From Dicyema japonicum (Eukaryota > Animalia > Dicyemida): a DNA stretch of 64,000 nucleotides. Position 1 is the first letter of the stretch; each line of letters starts with the position of its first letter. Position numbers and translations under genes: made by a program. The stretch lies in NCBI GenBank assembly GCA_011109175.1, contig RDEW01000001.1, positions 384,395-448,394 on the forward strand, written 5' to 3'. Below, piece by piece: positions 25,209-39,127 of the stretch. The notes under the pieces were generated by a model that did not search any database, was not told where the DNA came from, and saw only the letters and a list, made by a program, of their open reading frames with translations.

Positions 25209-25429
25209 TTTAATTAAATTAATTTAATTAAAATATTAAAATTAAAAATTAAAATATTAAATTATAATCGATTTTGAGTTCTTGTCTGATTGATGACATA
25301 TTAAAATTAAAAATTAAAATATTAAATTATAATCGATTTTGCCACTTTCCTGAAACAAAATCAATATCTGATCTTTTAGTTAACTAATAATTTTATTTTT
25401 TATTTATTAATTTTTTGAATTTTTATCTA

Positions 25430-25965
25430 TTTTGTTGTGAGTACTATTCATGCGGAAAAAAATTAATCTTTTAAATCTACCTCAAAATAAAGAAGCTATT
25501 AAGTTTTTACAAGAATAAGGGATTTTTATATTGTAAAAAAGTACATTGTATGGTGGTACTTAGAGCAGCAATGTAAAATGTATATGAGAGGTATGTGCAC
25601 GTGAATTAATTACCACATTTAAATAGAAAATCGGTATTATCTGTTTAATTAACATTGGTGGTGAAGTAGTGATAGTAGAAATTGATGAAAGTCTATTTTC
25701 TATGGAAAAAATAATTCTGGACGAGCATCGCCCGGCAATGGATTGGAGGAATTTTTAGCGAAACTAAAGAACGTTTCCTCATGGAAATTCCGGATTGAAC
25801 TATGGAATCTCTAACGAAATGATAATCGGAAATGTGTCAGTTGATTCAACACTTATATCAGACTGTTGGCAAGGATATCCGACCAACAGTATTCAAGATG
25901 ATGTTTCGTACATATGGAGGTCAATCATCGTTATAACTTTATTGACCCGAGTACTTTCGCTTGAG
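25430..25965 (+). mobile_element. Merlin/IS1595-type DDE transposase remnant
   Basis: IGGEVVIVEIDESLF, W-IGG, STLISDCWQGY and VNHRYNFIDP motifs in broken frames. Confidence 0.7.
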
Positions 25966-26836
25966 CCATGTTCACAGGTATGACCCATCAAGGCTATATT
26001 GGGAACACTATAGAAGATACATATCTAGAAACCTCAAAAACTGGAAGGAGGGACCTTATTCCCGAAGTGATATTGACAACATAGACAGAGACCTTTCAAT
26101 TGTGATGGAGGGATACTTCTCACTCTTCGCCAGGAGGAGACTCTCCGGTACTAATTATAAGAAGAGCATCAGTTTTTCCCCTTCTACGTTATCTTGATTA
26201 AAGAAAGAACCCGATTGAAAAACAAACTCAGATGTGTCGACTGGATGGACCGGATTTCATTGACCGGTCAACTAAAGATAATAAAATAAGCCATCGAAGA
26301 AAGAACAAGACTGACTCAAGAACAATGTTGGAGGGTCGAGGCAAGCAAACTAAACACCAAAGACCCCTCGTTCTGGAAGATCTACAAAAGAATAAGTGGC
26401 CAGAAGAGGAATGATATGAAAATCTCTTTGAACAAGCCAGAAGGTGGATCATGTTCCACGGAAGAAGTCCCAGATATCTTTAAGAAGCAACTAGACCGTA
26501 TCCAAGGAGTCAACCCAATAAAGCTGATCCCGAAGAAGAGTTAAGAGCTTCACAAGCACTTCTTACCTATTCTCCGGACGACCTCAAAGATACTGATATA
26601 AAGATAACGACAGAGGACGTCGTGATTGCCATTAGAGCATGCAAAGCTAACACCATGGACATGACCATATTAGCATGAGAATGTTCAAGGAAGGTCCAGA
26701 GGATCTGGTGCTCGTGCTGAAGAACTTATTCAACGCAAGCATTGATCATGGATATATCCCAAGACGCTGAAAAACCTCTATTGTCAGGATGATACTTAAA
26801 CCAGGAAAGTCGGAGAGAGACCCCTTAACTATAGGC

Positions 26837-28939
<2,103 letters not shown>

Positions 28940-30289
28940 CTATAGGCCAATCAGCCTAATCTGCTCTATCTCCAAGATTTCTGAGAGAATTATCTTCAAG
29001 AGACTAACGAGCACATGGAAAAGAGCTGCATCCTTCTCGCGGAACAATGTGGCTTCAGACCTGGGAAATTCTGCATGGATTGCATCCACCACATGCATTC
29101 GGTGATATTGAGAGGTCTGGAAGTTAAGAGGCAATTCAACCTGGTGTGTTTGGACATGTCCAAGGCATTCGATAGCGTGTGGCATGATGCCCTCTTACCA
29201 AGGCTAGCGGCTGCTGATATCCAAAAGAAACTCTTTACATGTATAAAAGACTTCCTAACAGGATGGATTTCCCGAGTACGTATTGGGGCAAATATGTTTG
29301 TTTACCATTACAAACAAAGGAGCGTTCCACAGGGCTCTGTCTTGAGCCCGCTTCTGTTCAATGTGTTCTTGTCAGACTTCCCTACTCCGCTGGATGCGAT
29401 CACCAAACTGTTAATTTACGCAGACGATATTCTGATTATGGATACGTCTGGGAAGTCGACTATATCCGAAAGAAGAATCAAGTCATTCATTGATCAAGTG
29501 CAGGATTGGTGCTTCAAGTGAGGGATGAGACTCTCTACTGAGAAGTCCAGCTTCTTGGGGGTTAGCTGCCTACGGAGACATCATGGGCAGCTATACTCAC
29601 TTGGTATTCCAAAAGTACATTCACTCCGCTACCTCGGGATAATTATCGAGCGGGATGGTCCTTTCAGGAGGATATCAGACGAAGAAGGAAGAAGGCGCTT
29701 CTCTGTACAAGCAAGTTGTTCGTTAGCTTGGAGACCTTCTTATTTATCTTCATGGGGATTATTTACCTGAGTTATTGGTTTTTCACACGACAAAGGGATA
29801 AAATAATGTTACTTATGAAAAATCGAGAAGATCAGCAATAAAGTTAGCCTTGGGAAAAAGCTCCGTGATGTCCTGAGTGCAGAAGAGGACAGGATTCTAG
29901 TGCCAGTCAAGAAGAAGATCAATGGGATCCGACGCTTAGACTAAACTTAATGGAGATGGAGTCCGTAGGAAGTGTCCAGGCCGCATAGGCGGACTCGTTA
30001 ATATACCCCTAAAATTAACTCTTAATTCCTGTTTGAATAAAGTCTTTTCGGTTTTTTCAGTTCATGATTTACAGCCATCCTCGCCCACGCCATCTTGTTT
30101 CTGGCCCTCATTTGAACATATTCCAGGTCGTCTGCTGTTACAATTTTACGACCAATTGTTTCGTAATCATCTTTTAAGCAAATTGGAAGTGTATTTCTTG
30201 GTCTGCGAATAACAATTAATAATTATTATATTTTAATTAATTATTAACAAAATTTTTAATTTATTTATTTTAACATTCAAATAAGTCAC

Positions 30290-32512
30290 ATGTTTGATCT
30301 TGTGAGTCAGTCTGGATTTGATGACAAACTTCGTTTCTTTTTACTCGAAAAGTTCATCAATGATAAAACGTACTCATTGAACATACTACCAGTAAATACA
30401 ATTAATCACTCCTTTAGGACAAGAATCTGCTAAATATAATATCCATATTTCTAGAATCCAACAAAATATCAGAAAAGTACTACTTTCATGCCATTTAGTT
30501 TCATTGCACGTGCAGCAATTGCAAGATTCGCCCAAACTACGAGGGAGGATGACTTTAGTCCCAAATTCGAGGACTTTTGGTTGAAGATCTCAGAGATTAA
30601 GTCCTCATGTATTCTGGAGTGTGTTTCTCTGGCGGCCCTTGAAGCTCTCCTCAAGAAATACTTTTCCTGCAAACACGTGGACAGAAAAGTCCCCTCAAAC
30701 GTGAAATCAGTTTTAATGTCCCCCACCCATTCCCAAAACGTTTTTTTCGCTTTTAACTGTTCAGGTTTTCCGTTATAAGTTGTATCTTCTCCGCCGAGTC
30801 CTCCTCTGTCAGCCAAAATTTTTCTCCGTTGTCCCCATTTACTAATTTATAGAACTGGACCACTAAATGGCTCTTCTCCTCCGTTGATCTAGTTGACCTT
30901 CGCTTCACTGACCTGTTTGTGGAGTGCATCGGTCTGTCACAGGGTTGGGTCCTCCAATCCAAGTCATCACTGTGGGTGGCCTTCTCCAATGATCTGCTAA
31001 CTCAGATAGACTCACTCTGTAATTACATTGTCGATGACTGTCATGGTAGAGTTGTCCTCATTGCAGATATTAATCACGTGTTCTTACCAGTCACTGTTCA
31101 AACTCATTGTATCTTTTCATCCTTGGTGAGGACTGGACATGCTATCCACCTGTTGTCTTCACTGTACTCCCATTTGCTGAGATATGTCAAATATATGCCA
31201 TCCACGTGCTCAACACTGCACAAAATGCTGTCAGTAGTTGACTGCTGTGTATCCACGTGCAAGTATGTCATGGTTTGTTTGCTCATTATTGTAGACCAAG
31301 CCCACAGTCGATGCTGACTTGAAGGAAGCTGTTGCTTTAGAGATTCTCAAAGGGTCCTCTCTTATAATGGAAGTTTTAATCATCCGGTTCCCATCCTCCA
31401 CTATAATTCATGCTAACTCTGTCAACCACACCCTCATTGAGTTTCTCCAACTGTTCTCCCATAAATGGTAGTGGGGTCACTTATTTTAGTTCCCCTCATT
31501 TGAGCATTGTCTTCAATCTTGCCGCAATGTGGGTCAAGAATATGGGAGTCCTCAGTCGGTTCCAAGATGTCATAAAACAATTCTTCTCTTTGGTGTCTTC
31601 TGTGGTGACCCACGTGGGATTTGACGAAAATATCCGCCAAAACAAGGATAAACAAACAAAAATGACCGTCAAAATAATTCCAGTTGAGATATTTGATTGT
31701 ATGTGCCTGATTTATTTTAGTGATTGCTTCCTGCTTCACTTTACTGTGGTACAAACTGGACTGTGAGTTTGTGAGGTCAACATATGACCTTTGCATACCT
31801 CATGTGATTCAAATGAAGAATGAATATGCTTCGACTGGTATGTTTGGGAGCCCTTTTCATTTACATGAGAACAGAATTGCCATCTACAAGGCATTGTTGT
31901 CCTTTAAATACACGTTGGATGTCCTCGACTGTCGTTCTCTTCTCATTTCCATATTCACAGAGGCCTCACTGAGTGACCCCACCGTTTGTTTACCATTACT
32001 CATTTTAGATTTCATATTTTGCTAAGGAATGCTGTAGTCAGCTTCAAGAGCATGGGCAATCCCCTGGTTTGTCTGCCTCATATTACCTAACCAAAGAGAC
32101 TGAGGAGAATACAATGGAAGTGGTGGATGAGTCTGTTTACCAGTCGAATTTTGAAAACAATTGTGTGGGAGATGGACAAACTGTTAAACCTAAGGAATTT
32201 GAGAATGAAAGCGAATTTAATGCGAAGAACCAAAAAGTCGATGAAAATGAAAAAATTGAGCGGGAAATTTTGTCAGTTCCACGTGTTGAGGAGATTGAAG
32301 ATGATGAGATTTTGCACTCAACTTCAAAGAGAGTCAAATTTGATTTTACGAATGATGAGTTGGACTCTGTTATTATGAAATTGGGAGAGCTTGACTCAAT
32401 TGAGGAGTTTGAAAAGTCAAATGAGAAGGACTCTGGGTTTGTGGATGAGTTGACTGATGACATACAGGCTATGATCGACAGTTTTGTACCATTTGTGAAT
32501 GAAAAAGATTAA
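30290..32512 (+). CDS. PELP1/Rix1-like rixosome subunit (helical N-terminus plus acidic tail), ~677 aa
   Basis: Eight GT-AG introns (26,22,25,25,22,22,22,25 nt) give one open frame. SPF...RIAIYKALL...IFT...D-ISYFAKEC and the terminal DDIQAMIDSF resemble PELP1 motifs as I recall them. The gene model is solid; the product call is less so. Confidence 0.65.
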
Positions 32513-32819
32513 TTTTTATGATTTTTATTATAATTTTATGATTTTTTATAATTTTTATAATTTTTTTATAATTTTGATTATTTTTTGTTATGGTGTGTTA
32601 ATGATATATGACGAGTTCATTCGATTGTGGTCTGGGTTTATCACAACAAAGGGAAGGTTTCTTCTCGCATCTTTGGCAGCTTTACAGATGTAGTTTGACT
32701 CCGGGGATGAGGGGATATTCACTCCAATTTTTTAGTATGTCTCGCTGTATTCTTATATTTTGACTGGTACCATCAAAAAGTTGCAAAATAATTATATGTA
32801 AACAAGAACTCTCACGAGA

Positions 32820-33190
32820 ATGAGCATTCTGAAGATGGTCTCAAACCCATAAGAATTAACGCTAGGTCCCTTGTATAGGCGATTTGTACAGCCGGCATTG
32901 ACCTACGCAAATGAATCGTGGTCTGTGGCTATTTCCTGCCCCTTTCTTCAGAAACTGTTGCAATCCAGGAAGCCCCAAAAAAATTATTTGCCAAAACCTT
33001 TTGTCTGGCCCTCTGGAAGCAGTGTTATCGGACGAATCCAGAAGATGATGTTGGCAGCCACTCTGCCTAACAGCCTCCTCTATGAAGTCATGAACAAATA
33101 TTATAAAAACCGTCCTAGATACGAGATAACCCATCTCTTTTCTGAAGAACCATCCGGACTTTCGTCCACGGTAAATTAACCTCAGATTTT
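32820..33190 (+). mobile_element. LINE 3' fragment
   Basis: LYRRFVQPALTYANESW matches the post-RT segment of the other LINEs. Confidence 0.55.
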
Positions 33191-34859
33191 TCATGATAGA
33201 CAAATATGGTATTTCTTCACTATGCTAACTTAGGGCACGTGCACATTTAATTATGACTCTTATCAGTCAACCATTTATACTTGCTAAAAAAAGGCCACTC
33301 AATTTTTTCTCCGTAAAAGATTAAGCTATTTGATCTTCTCCCCTAAAACATGCTAGGTACTAATTCTAAGAGACAAAGGTACTTAACCTTCCTCCCCGGA
33401 CGAGATACTCCGTATATTTCGTTTAAAGAACAAAATGAATCAACCTACTTCAAAAATACTCCCTTTTCCATATCCTAAAGATATTTCTGTCACTCGTGTG
33501 GTTTGACCCCACACCGCTACCTACTTGGTCGAAGGATTACTCGCATTCTATGTTTTCTTAGTGATAAATCACTCTCTGGAGACCTCCTGTACCTGGTCTA
33601 GAGTTTCTCTTCCCTATTCAAGAGTAGAGGTTACTACTTCCGAAGATACTCTCGTCCTAAGAGATAAAATAGACCAACTTGGTCTCTTAAAAATCTTTCC
33701 CATAACAGACAAATTTATTGACTCACCCTTAATGTTCTCTAATCGTCTACAACCAAAAGCAAAGCTAAAGAATCTACTCTCATAAAAAAGATCTCTCTTA
33801 CTCTTTCCTTCAAGACTAATTCTACACAAACGGACAGTTTTTTGACTGATCTACGTGGAGAAGCCAATAAGATGTCCGATGAATTAAGTTATTTTTTCGT
33901 CCACAATAATGTCTTGTTGAGGCAAAACTTCCTGTATTTTTGTATTTTTTGACGATGGAAGCAACTGTCTGGTAGTTAATACTGATGTCTTCGCTTATAT
34001 CCCAAAAATATTTGAAATAATTGTAAATATAAATTATATTAGATTAAAAAAACAAAAAATTATATTATATTAAAAAAATAAATTATATTAGATTTAAATT
34101 ACATTTAGATTACATGAACCTAATTAATAATTTAATCGTATTTTTTTGTTCAACAAAATCATCAAATTGAAATCTGAATGGAGGCTATTATTCGATGCAA
34201 GTATGGACTGTTACAAAAGAGTCTATATTTTATTTACTCTAGGATGATAAAAATTTTTTTAATGATAATTTACATAAAGCGAAAAAAGGGATACTTGTGC
34301 CATGTTATGACGATTTAACCCTAAATTTAACATATTTTCCAAAATTTAAGAATAAAACTTATACTGTAGAGTTTAAAATAGAATTGATATATTGTATGAT
34401 TCTTATTTATTTAAGATGGTAAACGTTACACTAAAAACATATCGATTCCTCAAATTAAATATGGAGATTATTACCGCTGTGGATTTATTACTCTGAAGTT
34501 TGGGCATATTCATCCATATACTATATTTTTTTGAAGTTACAATTGTACCAGGATAATTCATTGGAATATTTTACTGGAAGAGGTTTTAATTAAATTTACC
34601 TAGAAAATGACTGTAACCCATATAATGACCCAAATACGCCGATTTGGTTTTATGTTAGCAATTATAAAATCCAAGTAGTACTAAGTGGGAAAATCAAAAT
34701 ATCGTATATTGCTAATAACAATATGTACACGTGTGCGTTGATCCCTAGATAACGGATGAGTTATTCGCTCATGATAATAAACATTATCATAGTTTCCAGA
34801 ATAATTTTATTGAATATGGACTAGCTAGTAATCATTCCTATCTATATATTTCGGCACAT

Positions 34860-35339
34860 ATGGCTGATGATAAATATCGGATTTTTAATTTTTATTTTTG
34901 TGCTGGAGAAAAGAAAGAAAACAAATGTCTGTACGTAAAACGAAACTTTAAATGGATTAAACTGGGCAATCACTATCACTGCGGATTACTTTCACAAAAC
35001 CACTCCAATGGATTATCGATCAAAATTTTGTCTTTAAAATTACAATTTTTCCGTAAAGATGATACTGTCGGATTTATTGGAAATGGTAATTTAATCTACT
35101 GTAATTTAGACGAAGGATGTTTAGCCTCGCAAAATCCGCGTAAACATCTAATAATTGTAATCGTATGTGGAGTTATCGAACTGCTAATTACTGGAGTCGT
35201 GTTACTTTATGCATCAAATCAAAATCTCATGAGGAATCAGCAGCATACCGCCGCTTTAGTTAAGATAATTAGGATTTTTAAATTTAGTAAATGGGGTGAA
35301 TTTGGGTTATTGTTGAATTTTTTTAATTATTTGAATTAG
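34860..35339 (+). CDS. Possible single-pass membrane protein with LAMP-like juxtamembrane pattern
   Basis: GNHYHC...LKLQFF...C-LD...LIIVIVCGVIELLITGVVLLY resembles the LAMP/CD68 C-terminal domain plus TM. Upstream exons and tail unresolved. Confidence 0.35.
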   Translation: MADDKYRIFNFYFCAGEKKENKCLYVKRNFKWIKLGNHYHCGLLSQNHSNGLSIKILSLKLQFFRKDDTVGFIGNGNLIYCNLDEGCLASQNPRKHLIIVIVCGVIELLITGVVLLYASNQNLMRNQQHTAALVKIIRIFKFSKWGEFGLLLNFFNYLN

Positions 35340-35354
35340 TAAAGTTATAATCAA

Positions 35355-38300
35355 TAACAGTCCTACGCATCACTTGTTGAGCGACACCCAAGTCTCGCCA
35401 ACGACCACCGGGTTCCCCCTTGCCCAGGACAATTACCCAATCTACTTGTCTCTGAAGACGACGTAAAAGTTGGGAACCTCTCTTTCGTCCCGAGTAGCAG
35501 TGGAGGACTAGATGGGCTCCGTCCGGGTCACATCAAAGATCTCATTGCTCATAACATGGGCAACTCTGGGGTCCGGCTCGTGTTGGCTATCACCAAACTA
35601 ATGAACAGGATGCTATCAGGGACACTACCAGAAACAATTCGACACGTAATGTTCTCCGCAAAGTTAATCGCATTCGACAAGAAGAGAAATGGAATACGCC
35701 CTATTTCAGTCGGAATGGTCTTCCATCGGTTGGCCTCAAAGCTTGTATTCAGAGCAATCCTACCTACGCTGATAACACAGGTACAACCAACCCAAATAGG
35801 GGTCGGAACACCGGGGGGTTGTGAAGCGGCAGTTCATGCTGTCCGAACATTCACCGAAAAGAACGTGAACATTCCTCACGTAATCGTCAAAATTGAGATT
35901 AAAAATGCCTTCAACTCGATACGACGTGATACAATTCTGGAGGATTGCTTCACATACTACCCATCAGTGTACAGCTATATTCATAGCTCGTACGGAAAAC
36001 CATCCAGTCTTGTACACGGCCAATATTATATTCCATCGTCTTCTGGAGTCCAACAAGGAGACCCACTGGGGCCCGCCTTGTTCAGCCTGGGAATTGCCCG
36101 TATCACAGGATACTGCTCCACTCCTTTGAGAGTATGGTATTTGGATGATTGCACCATGGGCGGCCATCCGAATGATATACTAGACCAGAGCTTTTCAAAA
36201 AATAATTCTCGCGGCACACTAATCGTAAAAAAAATAATCCACGGCACACATTAAAAAATAAAAAAATTAATTTTTTAAGATGTGTAAAACTAAGTACAAA
36301 AATTGGTAATTTAATGCCCAAATTTTTATTAATAAAAAAATGAATTCTTAATTATTATTGTTTTTGCATAAATCATCAATATCAGGTCGAATAGTTAACA
36401 AAGGCACTCGCATTTCAGCACAAATCCAACGAGAAACAGTGTTATCTGACAAAGGTATCTTCATTATTTTTTGTTCATATTTATGACCAAACATAGTCCG
36501 AGCAATAATACGACAAGCAGGGATTATCAAGTTTTCGCCAATATTGTGAGGTTTTAGTTGTTTTGCTATCACTTCTGAGATCAGGTATAAACATTTCAAT
36601 GATTCCTTTGTGTTTAAAAAAGTTTCACTGAACATCATTTGACTAGATCTACGATTCATAGTAAAAACCAAATAATACTTAAGTTGTTTTTTTCAAATGG
36701 ATAAAATAATCCACAGATTTTTCGGAATAGTCCGGATGCTTGGAAGTAAAATGTATCTTTAGTTTGCTAAGAACCATAGCATCACTTGCCAAAAATCCAT
36801 GCAAATTAGACATTGAGGTAGTTTATTTTTATCTTTGCATATACATCCAAATGACAAATAAGAATCTTTATAAAAACGACGAACTGATTTACCCATACGC
36901 ACGTTGATGCGCACGTTATTAAAAAATTTATAAATAATGGTTAACCAATGTAAATGTCATTTAATGTATAATAAAAAAATGATTATTTTAATTTAGTAAT
37001 TATTTTAATTCGTTTATCTTTTTAAATTAATTAAGTCAAAAATGTATATAAATTTATTCAAATTTGTATTTGGCAGGCGGCACACTAGAAATTGTCTTGC
37101 GGCACACCGTTTGACAACCTCTGTACTAGACTGTTTGAAAAGTCTGATAGTACAATTGGAATCCCTATGCCTAACTCTAAACACCAATAAGTGTGAAGTA
37201 ACCAATTTTGGATTTCCACAGTCTGAATGGGATCTGATCCTTGGTATGTTCAGAGAGATCATTCCGAAAGCCACAGAAACCAAATCAGAACAACTGGAAA
37301 TACTTGGATGCCCTCTTACTGATGCTGGAATCAGTAACACTCTAAGAACAAAAGAACATCAACTAAAAACAACATTCAGACGTCTGGAAATGCTGGACGT
37401 ACATACCTCCCCATTCCTGCTGAGAAACTCCTTATCAGCACAGAAACTGAACTACGTTCTTCGGGGGGCACCCTGCTACCTGAAAATGCAACAGCTCGAT
37501 GCTATCGATTCCCTCTTCCGGACCACCATTGAACGTATCACCAATGTGAAATTTGACGACCGAGGGTGGGACCAAGCGATCCTACCTGTTAACTTGGGCA
37601 GACTAGGAATCCCTTCACCGAAAGATCTAGCTTGCCCTGAGTATCTATTTTCTTTGGTCTCTAGCCGACTGCTGATCAGGATAATTCTCCAACTCCAAAC
37701 AGAATCATCTGACATCACAGATATGGAGCATTTTAAGAGGATGATGCCTAAGCAGAAAGATCTTTGCAAGGCCATCTGCCAAGATAAATATGAGAGGCTT
37801 CTGAACCAATCAAACCAACACAGACGTGCATATTTAATCACTAGAAGATGCGAATCGAGTAGCACTTGGATCAATGCACTCCTCGTTGGTAGTGACGGGG
37901 CCCACCTTGACAACGATACTGTCCACATCGGTATCTCCAACAGGCTTGGACTGGAGATTTGCCGGACTCACAAATGCCTGTGTGGCGCCACCGTCGATTG
38001 TTATGGACACCATGCCCTCTCGTGTCGAAGAAGTGCAAAACGATTCTCAAAACACAAGGCGATCAACGGAATTGTAAAGCGAGCCCTGGAGTCTGCGGGA
38101 TACCCAGCCATACTAGAACCTGTTGGTCTGGATAGAGGAGACGGAAAACGTCCCGACGGGATCACAATTTTCCCATTCGAAGAGGGGAAACCTTTGGTCT
38201 GGGACGCTACTTGTGTCGACACGCTTTGCCCGTCCAACATTGTCGGGAGCGCGGTAGACACACTGTATTCCGCGGAAAAAACGATGAGGGCAAAGGAGAA

Positions 38301-38600
38301 GAAATACGAAGCGCTATGCGACCGATTCGCGTTTTATCCGATAGTGGTCGAGACAACTGGAGGAATAAGTGGAAAATCGCTTCGCTTCCTAAAGAAACTT
38401 GGACGCTTAGCTACACTAAAAAGCCACGACGCACGTGAGACCCGGTGGCTACTCCAGTTGATCTCTGTTGCAATCGTGAGAGGCAACGCAACGTCGATAA
38501 TGTCGGCGGGGTCCACTTTGAATGGATGGCAGTTTTAAATATGATTTACTGTAAATATGGTTTCTGATTTAAATAAATTGTTTTATATTAAAAAAAATCA
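35355..38600 (+). mobile_element. 5'-truncated CRE-like RLE non-LTR retrotransposon (RT, Cys/His motif, PD-D endonuclease)
   Basis: GLDGLRP, RPISVG, GGCEAAVHA, NAFN, GVQQGDPLGP, YLDD, CLCG..D..GHH..C, RPDG, WDAT, VETTG. Removing 36186-37123 plus one TSD gives a continuous frame to TAA 38538. Confidence 0.92.
36186..37123 (-). mobile_element. Internally deleted Buster-type hAT (non-autonomous)
   Basis: TIRs cagagcttttcaaa / tttgacaacctctg; TSD tactagac (36178-36185, 37124-37131); residual KPHNIGENLI...PLSDNTVSR fused to the C-terminal MRV-L-TIRPDI; subterminal gcggcacac repeats. Confidence 0.93.
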
Positions 38601-38872
38601 ATAAGTAAACTAAAAATCCAAATAACTACTTTATAAGAAATAATTTAGACAGTATTTACTTGATTTTGTATACAACTGTAATGCTATCAAAGATAAATTT
38701 ATTGGAATAACAGACAGAACTTAAATCATCCCTGTTCGTGGAACGATTATTTTCTTACTATTATCCTTACAGACAATTATTCTTATTACTCAGTTGTATC
38801 CAAGAATTTATATGAAATAGCTCTTAAAGAGACTTTTTAATAATATATTTTCTCGATCAATGTATGATTGTT

Positions 38873-39115
38873 TAATAATAAAGCCTTTTCACGAGAGCCA
38901 TAGTATTTATAGCTCCGCATAGGCAGGACACACACTTTATTTAAGTAAAGAACAGTTAATTTTAACTAATCGTAGAACCAAGGAATAATCTTCACTTCTT
39001 TTTTTCTTTTTCTTGTGTGAGTGTCCTTTTTAGACAATCCAGTTCCGCAGTGAGAATCCACTGATGACGGCGAAACTCGTCAAACCCTTTCTGCATCGTA
39101 GATGCGTGGACCTTC
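38873..39115 (-). mobile_element. Family-B SINE copy (head missing)
   Basis: Near-identical body and 3' tail to 27150-27331, with an extra internal ~65 nt. Confidence 0.85.
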
Positions 39116-39127
39116 ACGTGGAGAAAA

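Noticed and set aside
25233-25340. ~43-bp AT-rich direct repeat
   Set aside because: Simple local duplication of low-complexity sequence; no element structure supported.
30469-31796. Minus-strand ORFs overlapping the PELP1-like gene and similar antisense ORFs over RT genes
   Set aside because: Shadow frames of the better supported opposite-strand coding sequence.
37042-37123. Start of the 498-aa ORF as a real N-terminus
   Set aside because: The first ~28 codons come from the hAT insertion end; the ORF is the downstream half of the CRE element.
39061-39081. ctgatga-cggc-gaaac-tc-gtc resembling a minimal hammerhead ribozyme
   Set aside because: Stems I and II cannot form, it lies antisense to the SINE, and the GAAA is absent in the 27190 copy.
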